The position numbers were made by a program, and so were the translations under genes. DNA of 64,000 nucleotides from an uncultured Verrucomicrobiota bacterium (GTDB taxonomy: Bacteria; Verrucomicrobiota; Verrucomicrobiia; Opitutales; UBA9783), in assembly GCA_946186275.1 (NCBI GenBank), contig CAMHMO010000001.1:139735-203734 (forward strand), in the 5' to 3' direction. Each line of letters opens with the position of its first letter. Within the stretch, counting starts at the first letter, position 1. Below, piece by piece: positions 29,694-38,005 of this stretch. Below the pieces are notes generated by a model. The model worked only from the letters and a program-made list of their open reading frames with translations. It did not search any database and was not told the DNA's origin.

Positions 29694-31337
29694 ATGTTTA
29701 TTCGGAAAATAACCATAGAAAATTTCAAAAAATTTCAAAAAAAACGAACTTTTGAATTTAAAGACGGATTAAACATTTTGGTCGGCGACAACGAAACAGG
29801 AAAATCGACCGTTTTGGAAGCCGTTCATTTGGCATTGACGGGATATTATCACGGAAGGGCTCTCGCTTTCGAATTGTCTCAAACCCTGTTCAATAAAAAC
29901 GCAATTGATGATTGGTTGAAATCTGCAGGTAAAGGAATACTGCCGAAGATTATGGTTGAAGTGTTTTTCGGTGACTGTTCCGATGAAATGTTTAAAGGAA
30001 ATCATAATTCCGAAGGAGACGGCAATGCATGCGGAATTAGATTTTCGGTTCTTTTCAACGAAGATTACAAAGAGGAATTGGAAGCGATTGTTGAGTCAAA
30101 AGAAATATCGGGATTGCCGATCGAATACTACGAAGTTCGGTTGGAAACTTTCGCAAGGGAGATCATCACGACACGCTCCATACCGATTAAATCTTTATTG
30201 ATCGATGCCTCCGAGTACAAAGCGGGATATAACGTTTCGGATGTTTATATCTCCAAAATCATAAAAAACCGCCTTGAAGTTTCGGAAAAAATTGCCGTTG
30301 CGCAAGCCATGCGAAGCCTAAAGGGAAAGCTTGGGAAAGATGAAACAATAACGAAGATCAATTGCAAGCTTAACGAGGAACTTGCCGAAACAATCGGGCA
30401 CATCTCTCTCGGTGTAAATATCGGAACCGTAAATGCGTGGGAGAAAGATTTTGTTCTTGAATGCGATGGGATCCCATTGTCGTACAAAGGGAAAGGAACC
30501 CAATGCTTTGTTAAAACGCATTTGGCGTTATCGGACAAAAAGTCCGATACTTCCGACATCATCCTTCTGGAAGAACCCGAAAGTCACCTGTCGTTTTCGA
30601 ATTTAAATCAGTTGCTTCGGTACATCGAAACGAAGTGTGAGAAAAAACAGATCCTGGTGACCACCCACAGTAGCTTTGTCACCAATAAACTTGGTTTAGA
30701 TCGTCTAATCCTTATGAGCGAAAACGAAACCATGAAGATGAACGATTTGCATCCGGATACAAGCAATTTTTTTAAAAAACTGCCCGGTTACGACACGCTT
30801 CGCCTGATTCTATGTAAAGTTGCCATCCTGTGTGAAGGTCGTTCCGACGAATTGATTATTCAGCGTGCTTACCGCGATCGGCACGGACACTTGCCGATTG
30901 AGGACGGCATTGATGTCATTTCGTGCGAAGGATTAAGTTTTTTGCGATTTCTGGAAATTGCGGATAAGTTGAAATTAAAAGATGTGCGTGTCGTTACCGA
31001 TAATGACGGTGACGTACAAAAATTAGAAAAAAAGTACGAAAATTATTTGTATAAAAACAAGAAGGACAACATCAAGATTTGCTACGATCAAGACGTAAAT
31101 CCCCGAGGTGAAAACGATCCTGAAAACTATAACCCGAACACATTGGAATCGAATTTGTTAAAAGCAAACGATCTTAAAACACTGAACGCGATATTCGGTA
31201 GAAACCGTAAAGACGAATGCGAACTGGGAAAATATATGCAACAGAACAAAGCCGAATGCGCTTTAAAGATATTTGAAAGTTCCGAGAAAATTAACTATCC
31301 GAAGTATATACAGGATGCCGTCACATTCCCAAAATAG
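29694..31337 (+). CDS. gajA: OLD-family nuclease (ABC-type ATPase plus TOPRIM), GajA-like
   Basis: Walker A LNILVGDNETGKST, Walker B IILLEEPESHLS, TTHS, TOPRIM AILCEGRSDE and VRVVTDNDGD. Confidence 0.85.
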   Translation: MFIRKITIENFKKFQKKRTFEFKDGLNILVGDNETGKSTVLEAVHLALTGYYHGRALAFELSQTLFNKNAIDDWLKSAGKGILPKIMVEVFFGDCSDEMFKGNHNSEGDGNACGIRFSVLFNEDYKEELEAIVESKEISGLPIEYYEVRLETFAREIITTRSIPIKSLLIDASEYKAGYNVSDVYISKIIKNRLEVSEKIAVAQAMRSLKGKLGKDETITKINCKLNEELAETIGHISLGVNIGTVNAWEKDFVLECDGIPLSYKGKGTQCFVKTHLALSDKKSDTSDIILLEEPESHLSFSNLNQLLRYIETKCEKKQILVTTHSSFVTNKLGLDRLILMSENETMKMNDLHPDTSNFFKKLPGYDTLRLILCKVAILCEGRSDELIIQRAYRDRHGHLPIEDGIDVISCEGLSFLRFLEIADKLKLKDVRVVTDNDGDVQKLEKKYENYLYKNKKDNIKICYDQDVNPRGENDPENYNPNTLESNLLKANDLKTLNAIFGRNRKDECELGKYMQQNKAECALKIFESSEKINYPKYIQDAVTFPK

Positions 31338-32544
31338 AAAATACTCAAACGGCAGGATCATTGTTGCGGCAGCGGGTTCGGGAAAAACAACATACATCGT
31401 CGAAGAGGCATTGAAAAAACACAAAACACTTGATCCATATAAACGTATTTTGATAACGACCTTCACTGATAAGAACGAAGAGGAAATCAGAAAGAAAATA
31501 ATAAAAAAACACGGTTGCATACCGCAGAATATCATCGTGCAAACCTGGTTTTCGTTCCTGTTGCAACACGGCGTTCGTCCGTATCAGGATACCTTGTTTC
31601 CCATATTGAGTGACGAACGAGTTAAAGGGATATCGCTTGTCAATCAACAATCGGCGAAAGGAATAAAAGAAGGAGATTTGTTTTATTATTTCACGAAAGA
31701 TTTTCGCATTTACACGGATAAACTTTCAAAATTCGTGTGTAAAACAATCGAAAAAGAGAAAAAAGAAGACGGAAATCTTACGCCGGGACGCATTAAAAAC
31801 ATTTTTCCGAAGATTTATATCGACGAAATGCAGGATTTGGCAGGATACGATTTGGATTTTGTCGAACTTTTAATCGAAGAAGGCGTCGAAATAACACTCG
31901 TCGGCGACCCGAAACAACGCACCTATCTTACAAATTACGGAGGAAAAAACAAAACAGAGAAGGATGGTCGTCAAAGTGCGATGGAATTTTTTAAAGGTAA
32001 GATCGAAATCGATAAAACGACGCTGAACGGATCATGGCGAAATTGCCAAGAAATTTGTGATTTTGCCAATAGAATACACGATGGAAAATTTAAAGCATGT
32101 AAATCCAAGGCAGAACAAAGTTCGGATTTCGATTCAAAGAAATATGATGAACATCACGGCATATGGATCGTAAACGAGGAATATGTTTCAAAGTATTGCA
32201 AAAAATACACTCCGAATATATTGCGCCATAATAAAAAAATAAAAATCGATCTGTGTCATAACGAAAGTGATATTTTCAATTTCGGTTTATCAAAGGGATT
32301 AACATTTGATCGGGTTCTTATTTATCCGACAGAAGGAATAAAGAAATGGCTGAAAAATCCGTCGTCCTCTTACAAAGAGAAAGCCGAAAACAAATGCGAT
32401 CGTTCCGCATGTGCATTCTATGTTGCCGTAACGCGGGCACGTTACAGCGTTGCGTTTGTTTGCGACAAGAAATGGATCAATGAAATTTTTTCGGCACCAT
32501 CACTTTTCCAATCCGAACAACCATACAAACTTTTCGAGATATAA
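31315..32544 (+). CDS. gajB: UvrD/Rep-like SF1 helicase, GajB-like
   Basis: Trimmed to MPSHSQ (ATG 31315, overlapping gajA by 23 nt). AAAGSGKTT, TFTDKNEEEI, IYIDEMQDL, LVGDPKQRT, VAVTRARYSV. Confidence 0.8.
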   Translation: MPSHSQNRKYSNGRIIVAAAGSGKTTYIVEEALKKHKTLDPYKRILITTFTDKNEEEIRKKIIKKHGCIPQNIIVQTWFSFLLQHGVRPYQDTLFPILSDERVKGISLVNQQSAKGIKEGDLFYYFTKDFRIYTDKLSKFVCKTIEKEKKEDGNLTPGRIKNIFPKIYIDEMQDLAGYDLDFVELLIEEGVEITLVGDPKQRTYLTNYGGKNKTEKDGRQSAMEFFKGKIEIDKTTLNGSWRNCQEICDFANRIHDGKFKACKSKAEQSSDFDSKKYDEHHGIWIVNEEYVSKYCKKYTPNILRHNKKIKIDLCHNESDIFNFGLSKGLTFDRVLIYPTEGIKKWLKNPSSSYKEKAENKCDRSACAFYVAVTRARYSVAFVCDKKWINEIFSAPSLFQSEQPYKLFEI

Positions 32545-32600
32545 TCCTTCCGCAATTAACGAAATACACGGGAATGAGAACACATTCGTTCCACGGGAAT

Positions 32601-32616
32601 CCCCCCCCCTTTTTTT
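32601..32616. repeat. C9T7 homopolymer pair in a convergent intergenic region
   Basis: Counted directly: gggaatCCCCCCCCCTTTTTTTattc. Confidence 0.95.
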
Positions 32617-32667
32617 ATTCAACCCCTCTTCGGCAAACATCGCTCGCCCGATAAAAGGAAGCATGTT

Positions 32668-34185
32668 TTATTTCTCTGTCAACAGAGCATATTCTTCCTC
32701 AAAATCCTCCGTCAACGTCGGCTTCTTTATTTCCAAAACATCATACCATTGATTACATTTATCCAACTGTTCGATTTTACTCCGACAAACATTTCGCATG
32801 AGTGTGTCGTAGTAAAAAAACATCTTCCGATAGCCGTCGCATTTACCCGTGAGCGATGCGTAATTGGCAAGCAGTGCCTCCCTGCGATCGTTCTCGGAAA
32901 TACAATTCACCGCTGTCTTGCGTTCCATCCTGCGTTTTTCCTTCACCGAAAGATGCGAAAATTTGTTTATCTCTTTTTTTAACCCGCCGATTTTGTCCGA
33001 CAAATCATCAATCTCGTCCTGCAACTCTTCCGCATCCTGCGGTTCGTCGCTTTTTTGCATATCTTTAAGTAACCGCTTTTGTTCCTTTTTAAGCTTCCTC
33101 AGTTCTCTTGTTTTTTCGACAATTCCGTATTGGCATTTCGCCTTTTGCTCTTTTTTCCCCTTAAAATCCTCCTGCGCCTGCTTTCTTGCCGCTTTCTCCT
33201 GCGCTCTGAATTTTTCGGAAGCCCTCAAACGGGCATCAAAATTTTCCTTTTTCGGCTCATTCAAAGAAGTATTAGAATTTTTTTCCGAAACTTTTCCGAG
33301 AATTGAACACATTCGTTCCAATCGCCCCAAAATCTTCCCGTTCAACTCTTTTAAACCGTAAACCGCTTTTCCGTACAGATCTCCCGTCGTCTTCGCATAA
33401 ATTCGCAATTTCTCATCCGGTGAACGAGCGTTATCAATCTCAACCTTGGCATTCGCCGTCATCGCATCCGATCGGCGGAAACAGGTTTCGAAAGATTTTT
33501 GAAACATGTTCACATTCTGAACCAACGGACTGTCGTTACTCTTCTTCGTCAGCTCATTGTAAACATCCCTTTTTGCAAAAGATTTCATCAGCTCCGCCAA
33601 AACTTTATCACAGGGCTTTTGTTCGATTGTTTCCGACAATCCGTCCGTTCCGAACGTTTTCGCAAATTCCGAAACGGCACAATGCACAAACACGAACATA
33701 CGGCGCACAAAAGCACCGTAACATTCCGTCGTCACAACTCCGTCGATTGTACCGAAATCCGCAGTTAAATTCCACGCTCTGCCGATGTAATCCGAAACAC
33801 ACAAACATAAATCGCGGTTGAGACGCAAAAAACAAAGTGCGCTTTTGACAGCACCGTTTGATGTTTTAATTCTCCCGTTCAAACGAATCGTTTCCGATTT
33901 TCGAAGATCGTCATACTTCTTGACTATTCCGTACGCATGCGTTCGAAAATCCGAATAAAGCATTTTACAGTCTTTATAAAGTTCATAATATTCTCCCCAC
34001 AACAACGGATCTTCATGATTTTTTTGAGGAAATCGCTCGGGTGACAATATGCTTAGCAGATCTGCCTCAAAATCCGCCCTCGAACTCACTGCACCCGTTC
34101 CGAGACACAGCGCAACCAACACAATCCCTCTCCGAAACATCTTATTCATCTCACTCATGGTAATGTGGTTTTTTTCGAGATGCAA
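32668..34185 (-). CDS. Secreted protein with Lys/Glu-rich coiled-coil region, unknown function
   Basis: Signal-peptide-like MNKMFRRGIVLVALCLGTGAVSSRA, a central KQAQEDFKGKKEQKAK..KLKKEQKRLLKD stretch, and a Cys-containing C-terminus. The start is probably internal to the listed ORF. Confidence 0.6.
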   Translation of the reverse strand: MHLEKNHITMSEMNKMFRRGIVLVALCLGTGAVSSRADFEADLLSILSPERFPQKNHEDPLLWGEYYELYKDCKMLYSDFRTHAYGIVKKYDDLRKSETIRLNGRIKTSNGAVKSALCFLRLNRDLCLCVSDYIGRAWNLTADFGTIDGVVTTECYGAFVRRMFVFVHCAVSEFAKTFGTDGLSETIEQKPCDKVLAELMKSFAKRDVYNELTKKSNDSPLVQNVNMFQKSFETCFRRSDAMTANAKVEIDNARSPDEKLRIYAKTTGDLYGKAVYGLKELNGKILGRLERMCSILGKVSEKNSNTSLNEPKKENFDARLRASEKFRAQEKAARKQAQEDFKGKKEQKAKCQYGIVEKTRELRKLKKEQKRLLKDMQKSDEPQDAEELQDEIDDLSDKIGGLKKEINKFSHLSVKEKRRMERKTAVNCISENDRREALLANYASLTGKCDGYRKMFFYYDTLMRNVCRSKIEQLDKCNQWYDVLEIKKPTLTEDFEEEYALLTEK

Positions 34186-34357
34186 GTTTTTCCGATTTTT
34201 TAAAAAACGGTAAAATTTTCAAAACATTAAAAACAAGTTTATTTTATATAAAGAATGCTCCGTTTTCCGCATAAAAATGCCGAATGATCAAAAACTTGCA
34301 ACATACGGCAACACGGAAATTTTATCGTTGACATAAAAGCCTTTTCCGAGAAGAAAA

Positions 34358-36196
34358 ATGCATGTGGAAACAACATCCAAAACACTTACAATTGTAGCGG
34401 TATGCACGTTGCCGATCACGGGTTACGCGGGTCGTGCCATGACCTTGAAAGAACTGAACGCGTTTCTGGAAGGACTGCGTACGGAGGGGCTTAAAAACCT
34501 GGAGCCGTTGTGCGAGAAAATAGAAAAAACGAGAGGTGTTTTTCATGCGACAGAATGCATGCATTTTGAAGATTTCGGCGACGATTGGTACAAAGATCTG
34601 CCGAAAGACAGTGAACAGGATAAAAAGCAGAAGAGAGAACTGAAAGAAACTTTCCTGAGGGAACACAAGGAAATTCCGGATCAATCGAACAGTTATCTTG
34701 GTTTAAATTCGGATGAAGCGGATCGAGTCAAAAGTGACGCCCTTAACGCGCTTGATGCAGTTACCTTTGGCGGCGTGGGAAGGTTTTTGTCGACCGTTAC
34801 AAAGATAGAGTACAATGCCGACGGCGAACCGGTTTCCATCGAAGCAATCGACAGATTTCCCTCTCTTATCGATATTCGATTGGATGAACTGAGTTCGCCC
34901 TTCCATCCTTACATCATCAAGCAACGCGATCCGAAGGCAACGGACGAACGTCTCGAAGCTTTTTCGCAAGTATTGACCTCGGATGACTTGAAACAACGCA
35001 ACATTGATGTCGAAACACTGAAAACACTCGGCATCGAAACGATTCGGGAAATCACGTTCGATTCAATCCTCAAAAGTAAAATTTTTACCAAAACACAGAG
35101 AGATAAGGCTCAAGAATGGTTTCGCAATCCCGCTGGACTTGAAAAAGCGATCGAGAATTATGCGGGGACTTATCCGTGGATACAGAAAAACATCAGCTGT
35201 ACATTCAAAAGCCGATCGATTGCAGCCGAAAAAGTATTGGATTGGGAAAAGAAGACCATCCGTTTTAAGGATAAAATTACCGAATTCCCGCTTACATTAT
35301 CCTATCTTACCTCGAAGCTCCCTGATGAAACCTCCGAAGTGCAAAAGCAAATAGAAACATTTTTGAAAAATCTGTTGCCTTACAAAAACGGCAAAGAAAA
35401 GGTCATTCTTTTGCTCCTTTTGGATGAAATTACCCCGTCCGAGTATCGTCTGAAGTGGATGCATGATGGCGGCGAGCATGCCAATGGTGCTTACGATCTG
35501 CGCGGCAATGCATTTTGTTTCAGTTTCAAAGGAGAAACGAAATGCTTGTCTCACGAAATCGGGCATTATTTGCAGATGCATTTGGGTTTATACCAAGCCT
35601 TCGATGATTACCAAACGTCGTTTGCAAAGCAACTCCTGCAATTGGAAAACAAGCAAACGGATGAATCGATAACGATTCCGAGCATGATAAAGGATGATAT
35701 TGAATTCGGCAACGAACCGGCTTTTTGGGGATTGAAGGATCTTTGTATTAAATGCCCAGAACAGCTTTCGGCAAAGAAGTTTTTCGAATATTGGCAACTC
35801 GTCAAGCGTTGGCACTCGATTATGGAAGTTTCCAATATCCTCGGGGTTTATTTCAAAGGAAACACGCTTTACATCAATGCCCTGTCGGATATCCGCGAAC
35901 TTAAACGCATCCGTTATACGCATAACCGCCGACTAAGCAAAAAGGAAATAGGATATGAAAAAGATAACTTTAAGGAAGAGGCAGACAAAGCATTGTTCGG
36001 GAAAATTATCGAAGAAGCTTATCGATATCCCGTACCGACGAAGATGTTAAGCTTGCTGTGTCGACTGCACCAATGCAAAAACCCGAACGAAGATGCAAAA
36101 AACGTCGTGTGCGATTTTGATCTTGCCGATGGCAAAGAGAAATGGAACGAGAAGGTGAGTCCTTTGATTTCGGAATATATTGAAGCCGAACCGTAA
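34358..36196 (+). CDS. Secreted HExxH protein, unassigned putative zinc metalloprotease family, paralog 1
   Basis: Hydrophobic N-terminus, CLSHEIGHYLQMHLG, and conserved downstream block WHSIMEVSNILGVYFKGNTLYINALSD. Confidence 0.65.
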   Translation: MHVETTSKTLTIVAVCTLPITGYAGRAMTLKELNAFLEGLRTEGLKNLEPLCEKIEKTRGVFHATECMHFEDFGDDWYKDLPKDSEQDKKQKRELKETFLREHKEIPDQSNSYLGLNSDEADRVKSDALNALDAVTFGGVGRFLSTVTKIEYNADGEPVSIEAIDRFPSLIDIRLDELSSPFHPYIIKQRDPKATDERLEAFSQVLTSDDLKQRNIDVETLKTLGIETIREITFDSILKSKIFTKTQRDKAQEWFRNPAGLEKAIENYAGTYPWIQKNISCTFKSRSIAAEKVLDWEKKTIRFKDKITEFPLTLSYLTSKLPDETSEVQKQIETFLKNLLPYKNGKEKVILLLLLDEITPSEYRLKWMHDGGEHANGAYDLRGNAFCFSFKGETKCLSHEIGHYLQMHLGLYQAFDDYQTSFAKQLLQLENKQTDESITIPSMIKDDIEFGNEPAFWGLKDLCIKCPEQLSAKKFFEYWQLVKRWHSIMEVSNILGVYFKGNTLYINALSDIRELKRIRYTHNRRLSKKEIGYEKDNFKEEADKALFGKIIEEAYRYPVPTKMLSLLCRLHQCKNPNEDAKNVVCDFDLADGKEKWNEKVSPLISEYIEAEP

Positions 36197-36238
36197 AGAC
36201 GATTATATTTAGTCGAAACTCTTGTATTCAAAAGACTT

Positions 36239-37831
36239 ATGAAAAAAATCACAAAAACCATCGGGTATATCGGGCTGTCGGCTGCCTTGTTGCGCATGCC
36301 GCATGGGCAGGCGGTTACGTTGACCGAACTGAACGAACATCTCGCACAGTGGCGTGAAAAAAGCATCGCAAACTTGAAGAAGTTTCTGGAAAAAATAAAG
36401 GATGTTCCTTGCTCAGATGAAAAGATAGGCAAAGCAAAGACACTTCTTGAAAAATACGAGAAGAGTCAGATCACATGTGCGAACAAAGAAGGGAAAGTAA
36501 TGACTATCGAAACATTTGGCTTTATACCTTCAGCTCGCGAAACTTCTTTCTCTGCGTATCAAGAAGAGAAATGGAACGAGTGGCGCAGCAAGGGAAAGGG
36601 AAATCCGCTTGATGTCTTTTCTACCAAAGAATTATCCGAAGATGAATTACGAGAAAGAAACGTCGATATCAAAGAAATACAAAAACTTGGAATTACGTCG
36701 GTTCGGGAAATTACATTCAACTCAATCCTGGGAAGTGATTTTTTCAACAATGACCAAAGGAAATTGGCAAACACATGGTTGAACGATGAACAGGCGCTGC
36801 AAAAAGAAATCGAAACATACGTAACTCGGTGTACGTTTTGGGACAGAAATTTTTTTGACACATTAATCATTACGAATACAAGTTTCGAGAATACAACCTC
36901 TCAACTTGTAGAATATATTCCATATCCTTTCCTTACACCTGCAAACGAAGGTGCGGTCCCCGAATTGCGCAAAAAAACGGAACTCGGTCTGAAAAATATG
37001 TTGTCTCGCAAAAACGGAAAAGAGAAAGTTATTTTATTCCTTCTTTTGGAGGAAAATATGCCCGAAAATGCTCGTGCAAAATGGAGATATCATTCCGATA
37101 AAAACAAACATCTCGGGCGATACAATTCGAAAGATAATTTATTTTCATTCATCGACGACGTTGACGGAATGAGAGCACTTTCGCACGAAATCGGACATTT
37201 CCTGCAGGAACATTTAGGCTTCCGTCAAACTTTTGAAGATTACGGAACGCAATTTGCAAAAAATCTGTTGCTGTTGGAAAACGACTACACGGAAAATGAT
37301 ATTTTCAATATGCCGCAGTGCATACAGAATGTCTTAAACAGATTTTATGATCACAAGAATATTGAAACAGAGACAGAATATACGCCGAATTTGAAACAAC
37401 TTTCAAAAAAAACGTGCTTTGAATATTTTCAACTTACGGCACGATGGAGAAAAAGTTGTGAAATTTCCAACATGCTCGGGGTGTATTTCAAAGGCAATAC
37501 GCTTTACATTAATACCTTATCGGATTTTCACGAATACGATGTTATATTTTACGGACATGAATATAAGATTAATAATGAATCGGTGGAAAAAATCTCCTCG
37601 GAATTAGAAGATGAAAAAACAAAAAAAGCGTTTTCGGATATCCTGGGAACAGCATATCAAAAATCCGTACCGACTAAAATGTTAGAACTATTATGGCACT
37701 TGCATAACAGAAACCATCTCAAAGGTAACGGAAACCATCCCAAAGGTATTGAATGTCCCTTGAATTATCAAAATCGAAATGCTTTAAAAGAAAAACTCGA
37801 TTCATACGGAGATTTTTTAAAAAAACCGTAA
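36239..37831 (+). CDS. Secreted HExxH protein, paralog 2
   Basis: Signal peptide MKKITKTIGYIGLSAALL, ALSHEIGHFLQEHLG, WRKSCEISNMLGVYFKGNTLYINTLSD. Colinear with paralog 1 (e.g. RNIDVETLKTLGIETIREITFDSIL / RNVDIKEIQKLGITSVREITFNSIL). Confidence 0.65.
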   Translation: MKKITKTIGYIGLSAALLRMPHGQAVTLTELNEHLAQWREKSIANLKKFLEKIKDVPCSDEKIGKAKTLLEKYEKSQITCANKEGKVMTIETFGFIPSARETSFSAYQEEKWNEWRSKGKGNPLDVFSTKELSEDELRERNVDIKEIQKLGITSVREITFNSILGSDFFNNDQRKLANTWLNDEQALQKEIETYVTRCTFWDRNFFDTLIITNTSFENTTSQLVEYIPYPFLTPANEGAVPELRKKTELGLKNMLSRKNGKEKVILFLLLEENMPENARAKWRYHSDKNKHLGRYNSKDNLFSFIDDVDGMRALSHEIGHFLQEHLGFRQTFEDYGTQFAKNLLLLENDYTENDIFNMPQCIQNVLNRFYDHKNIETETEYTPNLKQLSKKTCFEYFQLTARWRKSCEISNMLGVYFKGNTLYINTLSDFHEYDVIFYGHEYKINNESVEKISSELEDEKTKKAFSDILGTAYQKSVPTKMLELLWHLHNRNHLKGNGNHPKGIECPLNYQNRNALKEKLDSYGDFLKKP

Positions 37832-37954
37832 TATATTTGCCAAAATTCCGAACGCCGGAAACAGCTGAAAAGTATTGTTGGAAGTCTGCGAAAAGTAAGA
37901 AATTTTTTGCTTTATCACAGTCGGATGTAGTATCAGCGGAAATTATTTAAACAC

Positions 37955-37981
37955 AAAAAGCGGGCAATAAACCCGCTTTTT
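37955..37981. terminator. Bidirectional rho-independent terminator between convergent genes
   Basis: AAAAAGCGGG-caataaa-CCCGCTTTTT. Confidence 0.8.
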
Positions 37982-38005
37982 GCACGACATGAGATAACAA
38001 ATTCT

